A stretch of DNA of 64,000 nt, taken from positions 4,160,001 through 4,224,000 of the forward strand of contig OZ244621.1 of NCBI GenBank assembly GCA_965218425.1, in the 5' to 3' direction. A program made the position numbers and the translations under genes. Below are positions 19,416 through 28,491 of the stretch, piece by piece. This DNA comes from an uncultured Candidatus Binatia bacterium (lineage in GTDB: Bacteria > Desulfobacterota > Binatia > UBA9968 > CAXXLF01). The notes below the pieces were generated by a model. That model saw nothing but the letters and a program-made list of their open reading frames with translations. It was not told the origin of the DNA and searched no databases. Numbering within the stretch: position 1 is the first letter of the stretch; each line of letters begins with the position of its first letter.

Positions 19416-20585
19416 TTATTTCCAAAGCTGCCTCGTGGCAAGACGTGCCCCTTCGGCCATGGCCTCGAACTTGGCCCACACCACGGTGGGATGGATTTCC
19501 GGCACTGTGGTGGCCTGGGATGAAAACCCGCAGTCACTCCCTGCGATAACGCGCTCACGGCCAACAAGATTGGCAAGTCTCACAATTCGCTCAGCCACAA
19601 GCTCCGGGTGTTCCACGATGTTGGTGGTGTGTGAAATGACCCCGGGAATGATTGCTTTTTCCTCCGAAAGCTTGACCCGCTCCCAAACATGCCACTCATG
19701 CTCGTGACGTGGATTGGCTGCTTCGAAGGAGTAAGCACCGGCGTTGATCTGCAAAATGAGATGCACCACATCCCTCAGTTCCACCTCATGGATGCGGGGC
19801 CCTATATTGATACCGTAGCAGGTGTGAAAGCGCACTTTGTCTGGCGAAATATCCCTGAGGGCATAGTTTAGCGCCGCAACCCGGAGCTCAGCCCATTCAA
19901 TACATTGCTTGACACTCACTCCCGGGTTCGAACAATAGTAACTCACCAGCCTGGGGTCGTCGATTTGTAGCAAGAAACCGGCGTCCACGATGCTCCGGTA
20001 CTCCTCCCGCATGGCGTCGGCTATGGCGTAGAGGTAGGCTTCCTGGGTTGGATAGTACTCGTTCCGTCGCGGGCCTTCGATGTTGGTGGGAGAAATGGCG
20101 GGCATGAACGCCTCCTGAACCGACCGCTCCTTCAAAGCAGCTGCAAAGTGATCGATTTGGCTCTTTAAGGATGCCTGTCCCTTGTACGTGATGGGCCCGG
20201 TGCACGCCATGGCAAAGGGAGCGGCAACTCTTCGGGCGGGTCCTTGTGCGTAGGATCGGTAGAATTCGGGGAATGCCAAGGCCTCCCGCGAGCCTGCCCA
20301 GGGTCCCTCAGAAGTCGGTATCTCTCGCGACTCGAAGCCGGTGAGACGCTCGCTCACATAGGCGAAAAACCCTGGCTTCCCCTGCTCCCCGTCGGACACG
20401 ATATCTACGCCAGCCTCCACCTGCTTGCCCACCACGTCGGCAACCGCGCCGCGTACCCGATTCATGTATGTTTCCTGATCGTAAGGCTGGCCACTTTCTT
20501 TGGCCCCCATCAGTTCCAAGAGCTCCGAAGGGCGCGCCAGGCTACCAGCGAAAGTGGTGAGAATGCGGTCAGTGCTACGTTTCAT
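19416..20585 (-). CDS. Cobalamin-independent methionine synthase II family protein (MetE C-terminal / epoxyalkane:CoM transferase-like)
   Basis: TT.AGSL.RP, GVDIVSDGE, LQIDDP, Zn ligands HTC..E..DCGF. Confidence 0.92.
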   Translation of the reverse strand: MKRSTDRILTTFAGSLARPSELLELMGAKESGQPYDQETYMNRVRGAVADVVGKQVEAGVDIVSDGEQGKPGFFAYVSERLTGFESREIPTSEGPWAGSREALAFPEFYRSYAQGPARRVAAPFAMACTGPITYKGQASLKSQIDHFAAALKERSVQEAFMPAISPTNIEGPRRNEYYPTQEAYLYAIADAMREEYRSIVDAGFLLQIDDPRLVSYYCSNPGVSVKQCIEWAELRVAALNYALRDISPDKVRFHTCYGINIGPRIHEVELRDVVHLILQINAGAYSFEAANPRHEHEWHVWERVKLSEEKAIIPGVISHTTNIVEHPELVAERIVRLANLVGRERVIAGSDCGFSSQATTVPEIHPTVVWAKFEAMAEGARLATRQLWK

Positions 20586-20589
20586 TCTT

Positions 20590-20804
20590 CTTCTCCCATC
20601 TTTCCTTTATTTCCAATTTTCGATCCTTGCCTATCCGTTCTGAGGGGGCTTTGACTCTTGCTCTCTTCCCTTAACACGTAACACGGCCTTCCTTGTTTGA
20701 CTTTCGCCTTTTTCCTTTAAACTTTTTACCTCTTTCCGCTCTGCCTGTTGCCATTTGCTTGCTGTCTTTCTCGTTCTCCGCGTTTACCCTTTGCCTGCTA
20801 ATTT
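20590..20804 (+). repeat. Mosaic spacer (AACAC, TTTTGCC and CTGCC modules)
   Basis: CCCTTAACACGTAACAC, TTTCGCCTTTTTCCTTTAAACTTTT, CTGCCTGTTGCCATTTGCTTGCTGTCT. Confidence 0.75.
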
Positions 20805-21383
20805 TTACTTATTTTTCTGTCCGCTCAAGCTACCTTGAAAAACCTTGACTATCTCGAACCTGAGTTCCAGCACAAGAGAGAGAAACGGCTCATCAATGAT
20901 TCGTTTTGAGAATACGTCAGCCAGAGCTCTGTAATACCACTCCTGTTGATCCTTCGGTCGATTAAAGCGAAGGAAGACATCGTCGCCCAGCTTCTCATAA
21001 TCAGCCCGGATATCTCTGATGTTGTTGAGCTTGTCTGCCAATGAGACATAGACTGCATCCACAGGAGCAGTCGCTAAAATGTCTATGGCGTGCTGCTTTC
21101 GGTTTTCCCAGGTATCTGACTTGTCCGGCTCGGAGGCACCTTCTACGAGCCGCGCAACCTCCTCGCCAAAGTCTCGGCGGATATCATCAGTGCCGGTAGA
21201 TGAGTCCTCCACCGTGTCATGAAGGAGTCCGGCCACAACCACGTCCTCAGAACAGCCGGCTTCAATCAGGATTTTAGCGACGCACAAGGGGTGGACGAGG
21301 TAGGGAATTTTAGTCCCTTTTCGAAACTGGCCGGTGTGTGCTTTGGCGGCGAATTCAACGGCCTGGAATACCCTCTGACTCAT
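20805..21383 (-). CDS. HD-domain protein, Mesh1/small alarmone hydrolase-like
   Basis: FAAKAH.GQ.RKG..IPY.VHP..V, AGLLHDTVED, ADKLNN. Confidence 0.9.
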   Translation of the reverse strand: MSQRVFQAVEFAAKAHTGQFRKGTKIPYLVHPLCVAKILIEAGCSEDVVVAGLLHDTVEDSSTGTDDIRRDFGEEVARLVEGASEPDKSDTWENRKQHAIDILATAPVDAVYVSLADKLNNIRDIRADYEKLGDDVFLRFNRPKDQQEWYYRALADVFSKRIIDEPFLSLVLELRFEIVKVFQGSLSGQKNK

Positions 21384-21397
21384 GCTTCAGTCCAAGA

Positions 21398-21424
21398 GCG
21401 TTAAGTGTTAAGCGTTAGGGGAGG
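21398..21424 (-). repeat. Inverted copy of the AACAC heptamer module
   Basis: GCGTTAAGTGTTAAGCGTTAGGGGAGG is the reverse complement of CCTCCCCTAACGCTTAACACTTAACGC. Confidence 0.8.
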
Positions 21425-21469
21425 AACTTACAGGAGGAATGCAAGGAATCCATCTAGTCGTAATGCCAG

Positions 21470-21566
21470 ACACGTAACACTCAACACTGATTTTACTTTG
21501 CCTTTTACGCTTTGTGCCGTCCTGTCCGTCTTTTGCCTTTTTTTCTAACTTTTCACTTTTCTCTTT
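21470..21566 (+). repeat. Mosaic spacer (AACAC and TTTTGCC modules)
   Basis: ACACGTAACACTCAACACT, TTTTGCCTTTTTTTCTAACTTTTCACTTTT. Confidence 0.75.
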
Positions 21567-21568
21567 AA

Positions 21569-22660
21569 TCACAATCCGTAGAACTTCTGCGGGTTATCAG
21601 AAAGAATTTTATCTGTAATATACCCTGGAACATCTTCCCGTGACTTCATGGTCTTTACCAGTTCACGTTCCTCTGATGGATCGTTATGGCCATAGTCAGA
21701 GCCGATGATCATGTTGTCTTCGCCAATGTAATGAGAGAGATAGTCTATGTCCTCGTCCGCCTCGCAAGCGATGTAGATACGGTATCTCTTGAAGAGGTCC
21801 TTCTGGGAAAAATCACCACCCCTTTGCTGAATCTGTCTTTTCAGGGAATGCAGTACAAAGGGCACCCATCCTGCAGATGCCTCCAGGAATCCAATTTTCA
21901 AAGTCGGGAATCGCTCGGGAATCTTGTTGGCCACAAGATTCCGAAAAGCAATCAGCGGCGGAACTCTCCCATGGCCAAAGGCGGAATGTCGCTCGACGTA
22001 AAACAAACTCGATAGAATGGGCGAACCCATCCCAGTATGGATGCAAATGGACAAGTCATGATCCATGGCCGCCTGGTAAATGGGGAAAAAATACGGATCA
22101 TCCAGGTTGAGATCTTTCTCGATGCCTCGAAAGAAAAGCCCCACCGCACCGTGTTCCTTGACCCATTTGATCTCTTTGATGGTTTCCTCAACGGATCGGA
22201 GCGGGGGAATGGCAACCCATCGCAATCTGTCCCCTCCCTTCGAACAAGCCTCGCTGATCCAGCGGTTATAGGCCTTGCACAATGCAACCTCCAGGTTCAC
22301 ATCATCGGTCAAATAGACCAAGAACAAGGTCGGGAAGACGATTTGAATATCCACCTTCAAACGATCCATGTCCTTGATTCGCAGGTGAGGATCCCTCAGC
22401 TCCCTCGATTCCACAGGTATATCGTTCCTGGAGGTTTGAAATTTAGCTGCGGAGGGCGTAATCAGCGTGCTACCCGCTCTCCCGGCGGGTTTGGGAACAA
22501 TATTGCCGTCAATTAGCCAAAAGGCATTGCGTGCTCCGTATTGTGTATCATCCGGGGCCGACATGAGAATGGGTCGCTTCGGGTACAACTCCTTCTCAAA
22601 CAGCGCCCACATGTGTTCCGACTCTGCAACATGAGTGTCTGCATCGATTATAGGTCCCAT
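21569..22660 (-). CDS. Amidohydrolase_2 family protein
   Basis: IDADTHVAE, ICIHTG, FLEASAGWVP, GSDYGHND. Confidence 0.92.
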   Translation of the reverse strand: MGPIIDADTHVAESEHMWALFEKELYPKRPILMSAPDDTQYGARNAFWLIDGNIVPKPAGRAGSTLITPSAAKFQTSRNDIPVESRELRDPHLRIKDMDRLKVDIQIVFPTLFLVYLTDDVNLEVALCKAYNRWISEACSKGGDRLRWVAIPPLRSVEETIKEIKWVKEHGAVGLFFRGIEKDLNLDDPYFFPIYQAAMDHDLSICIHTGMGSPILSSLFYVERHSAFGHGRVPPLIAFRNLVANKIPERFPTLKIGFLEASAGWVPFVLHSLKRQIQQRGGDFSQKDLFKRYRIYIACEADEDIDYLSHYIGEDNMIIGSDYGHNDPSEERELVKTMKSREDVPGYITDKILSDNPQKFYGL

Positions 22661-22924
22661 GATATTTCCTCCAATTCTTCCCGATTTCCGGGCATCACCT
22701 TTACAACGCTGATTACGCTTTTACGATTTAGCCGCTTAACAGTCAAGCAACGTTACCCGTTTCTCTCAACTTTCTATTCATAAGTATACCATTGTCCCCC
22801 CACAGTGATCTGTAGTACGTTGGGGATTAGACCTCTTGGAATGCCACGGGTCCTCCTACCCGCCGCGAATTCCTGTAGGAACTTTTAACACGATAATAAT
22901 GTCAAATATAGCTGGACGGACCCC

Positions 22925-24178
22925 ATGAGATTGGGCCCCCTACGATATCGCAACTTCAGACTCATCTGGACGAGCTGGGCCCTTGCTGCCACCAGTTCGT
23001 GGATCCATCAGGTGGTAACTAACTGGTTGATCTTCGAACTCACCGATTCCCCTTTGATGCTCGGGCTGAATGGGATATTCACGTCGATCCCTTTTCTCAT
23101 CACCTCCCTCTATGGGGGCGCGTTGGCTGATCGTATGGACCGGCGAAAGATATTGGTCATTTCCCAGGTGGTCAGCACCGCACTGGCCATCATCCCCGGT
23201 ATCTTAACGGGCTTCGATTTAATCCGGGTCTGGCATCTCTACGCCCTCGGTCTTCTCAACGCCACCATCACAGGCTTTGATGGCCCCGCACGCCAGGCCT
23301 TGATCCCTACCCTGGTGCCGCGCGGCGAGCTGATGAGGGCCGTGGCCCTCACCTCAGCGGTTCGGCGCAGCACGGCCTTGGTGGGTCCAATGATTGGTGG
23401 ACTCGGAATATCTCTGCTGGGAGTCACCTGGACTTATTTCATTTATGCAGGATTCCATGGGTTGGTCCTACTTGCTCTTTTTTTGATGCGAATGCCCGCC
23501 GTGGAAACGCCCATTGAAAGAAAATCCATGACCCGATCCATTATGGACGGCTTTCGGGCGGCCTTTGATAACCGGGTCATCTGGGGGATTTTGAGCATAG
23601 AGGCGGTTCACACCTTCTTTGTCACCTACCGGGTCCTGTTACCGGTATTCGCCCGGGACATACTCAGCGTCGGGCCTACGGGACTTGGCCTCCTCTATTC
23701 CGCCCCGGGGATCGGTGCCATCACCGGGTCGGCGCTGGCCATCGCCATGGGTGACGTGAAAAAGAAAGGACGGCTGTTTACCATCTCAGCCTTTACCATG
23801 CCCCTGGCGCTAATTCTCTTTGCTTTTTCCAAGTGGATGCCCGCCTCTCTTGTATTCCTAGTGCTGGCGGGTTTGCTCGACATTGTTGGGGGAACCGTGC
23901 GTAACACCATGCTTCAGCTGTCCGTCAACGAAAGGATGCGCGGGCGGGTCATGTCGATGAACATGATGGTCCACCGGGGGATCGGCCCCCTGAGCCATCT
24001 ACAGTCCGGCGCCGTTGCTTCGTTCATAGGAGCACCATGGGCGGTAGCCGGCACATCAATATTTTTTATAATCTACGGCGCTTATATGCTGCTCCGTCTT
24101 CCGGAGCTATACCGCTATCGGCAAGGCGCCCCGCAACCAGACCCACCACATCCCTCAGAGCCACAACAGCGCCGCTGA
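22925..24178 (+). CDS. MFS transporter (MFS_3-like)
   Basis: GGALADRMDRR, RGRVMS, about 12 TM segments. Confidence 0.92.
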   Translation: MRLGPLRYRNFRLIWTSWALAATSSWIHQVVTNWLIFELTDSPLMLGLNGIFTSIPFLITSLYGGALADRMDRRKILVISQVVSTALAIIPGILTGFDLIRVWHLYALGLLNATITGFDGPARQALIPTLVPRGELMRAVALTSAVRRSTALVGPMIGGLGISLLGVTWTYFIYAGFHGLVLLALFLMRMPAVETPIERKSMTRSIMDGFRAAFDNRVIWGILSIEAVHTFFVTYRVLLPVFARDILSVGPTGLGLLYSAPGIGAITGSALAIAMGDVKKKGRLFTISAFTMPLALILFAFSKWMPASLVFLVLAGLLDIVGGTVRNTMLQLSVNERMRGRVMSMNMMVHRGIGPLSHLQSGAVASFIGAPWAVAGTSIFFIIYGAYMLLRLPELYRYRQGAPQPDPPHPSEPQQRR

Positions 24179-24182
24179 GTAT

Positions 24183-24281
24183 TTGCGTTTCGCTTTCTGC
24201 GCACCGCTTGCCGTTTTGCTTTTTCCCGTAGTCACGTTGTCAGCGGTTTGTGACTTGCCGCTTACTGCCTACTGCCTGCTC
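24183..24281 (+). repeat. Mosaic spacer (GTAGTC and CTGCCTA modules) overlapping the methyltransferase stop
   Basis: CCCGTAGTCACGTTGTCAGCGGT, GCTTACTGCCTACTGCCTGCT. Confidence 0.7.
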
Positions 24282-25123
24282 GGTTTCTGAAACTTCAACG
24301 TCATTCGATCACTTTCACCAATGGCGAGATATTTTTGCCTATCCTGGTCTTTCAGGCGCAGGCTAGGCGGCAGGGTCCACACGCCCCTCGGATGATCTGC
24401 GGTGTCTTTCGGGTTTGCATTGACCTCCGATTTTTCGAACAGCTTAAAACCCGCATCTTTGGCAAGCTCAATCATCTTCGCCTCAGTCATGTAACCGGAT
24501 TTGATCATATTTTCCAAAGACATCCCGGGTTTAGCGCGGTGTTCCACCACACCTAAGAAACCGCCCGGCTTGAGTGCATCATACATGGCCTTGAAATAGG
24601 GCTTTGAATCTCTCTTCAGCCAGTTGTGCACGTTGCGAAAGGTCACCACAAGATCGGCCGTCCCCGGAGGAGAAATCCTTGTATACTGAGGTGGTGTCAA
24701 ATACGAGATTGTAACGGCGCCATAGATCTGAGGGTTATCCGCGATTTTCTTGTTGTAGGCGCGCTGGCGCGGGTAGCGATACTTTCGTTGACCTGGCACA
24801 TCCAGCGCATTGCCGGCCGCATAGAGCTTGCCTCTTTTAAGAAGTAGCGGTGCGATGACATCGGTATACCATCCTCGACCCGGCGCCACTTCCACCACCG
24901 TCATGTTGTCTGCGAGACCAAAGAACACCAGGGTTTCGGCGGGATGGCGGTAGCGGTCCCTGGCTCGATTCTTATCGCTTCGGTGTGATGCGGACAGAGT
25001 GGCCCGAATCTCCTCCACTGAAAACACCTTTGCCGTCACGGATAGCGTGGGTATAGCGGCAACTAGAAACCCGAAGGTAACCAGTGATGCAAAAAACTTC
25101 ACCATAAATTGAGTCCTCCTCAT
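24269..25123 (-). CDS. Predicted exported class I SAM-dependent methyltransferase (COG4798-like)
   Basis: Signal peptide, RDRYRHPAETL.FFG, VVEVAPG.GWYT, TFRNVHNW, IGESDRMTLKF.KP. Confidence 0.9.
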   Translation of the reverse strand: MRRTQFMVKFFASLVTFGFLVAAIPTLSVTAKVFSVEEIRATLSASHRSDKNRARDRYRHPAETLVFFGLADNMTVVEVAPGRGWYTDVIAPLLLKRGKLYAAGNALDVPGQRKYRYPRQRAYNKKIADNPQIYGAVTISYLTPPQYTRISPPGTADLVVTFRNVHNWLKRDSKPYFKAMYDALKPGGFLGVVEHRAKPGMSLENMIKSGYMTEAKMIELAKDAGFKLFEKSEVNANPKDTADHPRGVWTLPPSLRLKDQDRQKYLAIGESDRMTLKFQKPSRQ

Positions 25124-25194
25124 TAAATACCTTGAATCGCCAAGTCAGTTGTTCCCCAGGCTTAAAATGATTTGTTCCCTTTCGTCGGATCGCG

Positions 25195-27438
25195 TTATGC
25201 TAAACCACGAAGGATCTTCTCAGGTGTAATGGGAGTTTCCATTAACCGCACTCCTGTAGCGTCGTATACAGCATTCGCTACGGCCGGCGCAATGATGCTG
25301 ATTCCCGCTTCAGCCACGGCTTTGGCCCCAAAGGGGCCGGGCCCCTTATGGGCCTGGACCAAAGTTGTGGTTAGCCTAGGAATGTCCTTAATGGTGGGGA
25401 TCTTGTAATCCCCCAGATTTAAAGTGAGTATTCGCCCCTCGTCGAAGGCCATCTCTTCCATTACAGTAAAGCCCAGACCCTGAATAATGGCGCCTTCGAT
25501 TTGACCCTGGTGGATAACGGGATTGATGATCCGGGTCACATCATAGGCAAAATGGAGCTTCTGCACATGGATCTCCCCCGTCTCCCCGTCCACTTCCACG
25601 TCGGCTACCACCGCCTGGAATGAGTATACGTCGGGTTTTTCCTCAGCTTTGTAGTGGCCAAAACCACAGATGGGAACGTGGCATGTTCGGGCGATTTCTT
25701 TCAGACTGATGCTTTGACGAGTCTTACCTTTTGATAACTGTGCCTTGCCGTCACGCCATACTGCCTCCTCCGGGTCCACCTGCCACAGGGCGGCAGTCTC
25801 TTCACACAGTCGCTTGATGAATGCCTCGGCGGCCCGGTAAACCGCTTGCCCCTCCACATGGACCCCCCTCGCCCCTCTCACACCTTCGTCGAAGGGTCCT
25901 GTGTCCGTACCCTTAACGTCGACCCGAACCAGATTCGGATCAATCCCAAGCACCTCCGCGGCAACCTGGCGATGCATGGTGTAGGCGCCTGCGCCCTGGT
26001 CCCTGACCGATGTGGTCAAGCGTAGATTCCCATCCGGTTCCAGAAACAATTCGGCACTGGACTCCCCGTGTCCCACATGACGATCACCCAGCGCCAACCC
26101 CCGGCCGATCAATCTCTTGCCATTTTTCTCCCTGCGTACCTGTTGTCCCTTCCAGTTTGCTAGACTGGCAGCCTGGAGCAACGTTTCCTGTGCTCTGGGA
26201 TCGGAAATGGATTCTCCCGTGCTTCTCGTGTCCCCCTCTTTAAGAGCATTGCGCATGCGGAACTCTAAAGGGTCCATTCCCAGAGCCTCCGCCATTATGT
26301 CCATGTGCGATTCCACGGCGAACATGGTTTGCACCTCTCCTGGGGCGCGGTAGTAACCGCAGGGAATCCGATTGGTATACACCGCATACCCTTCCATCCG
26401 TACATGGGAAACGGAATAGGAGCCGGCTAGCATGAATGTACCGTTCATATTGGCCCTGGGGCTGGGCTTGCGCGCCGCGTAGGCACCGCCGTCGTAGTAA
26501 ACTTTTCCATCCCACGCCACGAGGCGTCCGTTGTTTTTTAATCCCGTCTTCAGGGTCATCACTGCGGCATGCCGCGGCTCGCCATCCATCAATTCGTCCG
26601 CATAGGTGGCCACGACTTTAACGGGTCGATTCGAGGCCTGAGCCAGGTAGTAGGCGCACAGGGCTTCTTCATAGCCCTCTTTTCCGCCAAAGGACCCACC
26701 CATAGTCACCGGATGAACGATGATCCTTTCCTCCGGAATGCCGATATGAGTGGCCAGCCAATGACGCACTCGAAAGCTGGATTGATGTCCGAACCAAACC
26801 AAGATTCTTCCGCTCTTGTCTATTTCCACCACGCAGGCACGAGGCTCAATAAAACCCTGGTGAACCATATGGGTCCTAAAGGTGTTTTCAAAAACCCTGT
26901 CGGATTCGGCAAATCCCGCTTCCGTATCCCCCTTTGACGCAACCACGACGGTCTGAACATTTTTCATATAGGGGGCCATGTTGGGAGGACCAAGGTACGA
27001 TGGATAGTCGGGGTGAAGGACTGGAGCCTCAGGTGTCAACGCTTCAAACGGGTCAAAAACCGCCGGCAGTTCATCGTATTCTACGTCAATGTGATTGAGG
27101 GCCTCTTCTGCAATGTCTTTATCCATAGCTGCGACACCCGCGATCTTCTCGCCCACGTAACGTACTCGGTCCAGAGCAAAAACGGGCTTGTCCTGTAAAG
27201 TGTACCCTTCCAGCCGCGGTGATATGTCTTTTCCGGTAACAACCGCCTTCACTCCGTGAAGGCGAAGGGCCCGGCTCACATCGATATTCAGGATTCGCGC
27301 GTGGGAGAAGGGACTGCGGAGATATTTGCCCCATAGGGCGGAAGGCCTGATGACATCCGCCGTGTAAACACATGTCCCTCCCACTTTGGATACACCTTCC
27401 ACCCTGGGCAACCCCCGACCAACGGAATTTCGCGTCAT
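25195..27438 (-). CDS. Xanthine dehydrogenase family molybdopterin-binding (large) subunit, orphan
   Basis: RSPFSHARI, GGSFGGK, YRAPG, QIEGAIIQGLG, GPFGAKAVAE. Confidence 0.93.
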   Translation of the reverse strand: MTRNSVGRGLPRVEGVSKVGGTCVYTADVIRPSALWGKYLRSPFSHARILNIDVSRALRLHGVKAVVTGKDISPRLEGYTLQDKPVFALDRVRYVGEKIAGVAAMDKDIAEEALNHIDVEYDELPAVFDPFEALTPEAPVLHPDYPSYLGPPNMAPYMKNVQTVVVASKGDTEAGFAESDRVFENTFRTHMVHQGFIEPRACVVEIDKSGRILVWFGHQSSFRVRHWLATHIGIPEERIIVHPVTMGGSFGGKEGYEEALCAYYLAQASNRPVKVVATYADELMDGEPRHAAVMTLKTGLKNNGRLVAWDGKVYYDGGAYAARKPSPRANMNGTFMLAGSYSVSHVRMEGYAVYTNRIPCGYYRAPGEVQTMFAVESHMDIMAEALGMDPLEFRMRNALKEGDTRSTGESISDPRAQETLLQAASLANWKGQQVRREKNGKRLIGRGLALGDRHVGHGESSAELFLEPDGNLRLTTSVRDQGAGAYTMHRQVAAEVLGIDPNLVRVDVKGTDTGPFDEGVRGARGVHVEGQAVYRAAEAFIKRLCEETAALWQVDPEEAVWRDGKAQLSKGKTRQSISLKEIARTCHVPICGFGHYKAEEKPDVYSFQAVVADVEVDGETGEIHVQKLHFAYDVTRIINPVIHQGQIEGAIIQGLGFTVMEEMAFDEGRILTLNLGDYKIPTIKDIPRLTTTLVQAHKGPGPFGAKAVAEAGISIIAPAVANAVYDATGVRLMETPITPEKILRGLA

Positions 27439-27671
27439 GGATTCTTACCTCTTCTGATTCACACACTCCAGCTATTGTACTTCTAAAGGTTTACGAGTCG
27501 CTACCCCCATCTCCGGATTCTTAAATGGTCGATCTGCTATCCTCTCCTGGAGCGGGAAAATAGAGATATAAAGTGAGCGCCCATACTCCTATTACCTTGC
27601 CTGAACGGGTGAGCTTAAAGCACGAATTGCAGTTTAGGCGGTCTAACGTTGGCCTGTCAATTACGTCTACG

Positions 27672-27862
27672 GCTTACTGCCAACACCCTGTTGCCTTTTT
27701 TCTCCCGGCGCATTGTGCCATGCGCTTTGCGTAGTCCTCTTGGTGTCTATCTGAGATTACTTTTCTCCTTTCCTTTTCTATGTTCGATCCTCTATCCTCC
27801 ATCCTTGATTCTACCCGCTCAGTCGTCAATCCTCGTTACTCAGCACTAAATGCTCTTTGCTT
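27672..27862 (+). repeat. Mosaic spacer between divergent Mo-enzyme genes
   Basis: GTGCCATGCGCTTTGC, CGATCCTCTATCCTCCATCCT, CCTCGTTACTCAGCACT. Ends just before TTGACA. Confidence 0.8.
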
Positions 27863-27964
27863 CCCGATTGACAGACACTAGAAACAAAGCTAGAGGAGAG
27901 TAATTGTGACCTGCAAACCTTGGTTCAACCCTAGGTGCCATGCCAACATGAAACTAACCAACCC

Positions 27965-28491
27965 ATGAAACCGGCCAACTTTCAATACTATGATCCCACG
28001 ACCATCGGGGAAGTAGTGGATCTGCTTTCCCAATTGGGTGACCAGGCTCGTCCCCTGGCGGGGGGACAGAGTCTCGTCCCCCTAATGAACTTTCGTCTCC
28101 TCAGGCCGGCGCATCTGATCGATCTCAACGGAGTGAGAGAACTCAGCTATTTGAGAGTGAGAAACGGTGAGCTGCGGATTGGCGCCATGACCCGCCAGCG
28201 TCAGCTAGAGCGCTCAACTGAGGTGGCAAGAAGTTTTGGGGGCACCACGGATTGCAATGCGGGTTTTGTACACCAGGAATCCTGTTGACAGCACAAGCTC
28301 TCCTCACGGAAAAGCCGGACCCAAGCGAGGAGGACATTCACCAGTGGATCAGCGGCAACCTGCGCCGCTGTACCGGTTATAAAAATATTGTGACCGCAAT
28401 CCGAGAAGCGGCAAAGGCCCTGGCGGCTGAACAACCGTCAGATCTTTGCGGGGTTAACACAGCAGATGGCATACATTGGCGCGAGAGTTAG
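27965..28491 (+). pseudogene. Deletion fusion of a CoxM-like FAD subunit (first ~90 aa) and a CoxS-like 2Fe-2S subunit (C-terminal half)
   Basis: MKPANFQY.DP...LAGGQSLVPLMNFRL.RP..LIDLN switches frame near 28232 into FWGHHGLQCGFCTPG...GNLRRCTGY. Confidence 0.85.

Noticed and set aside
19416..20585. Full-length MetE
   Set aside because: Only the single catalytic barrel (389 aa) is present, so the substrate is unknown and no gene symbol was given.
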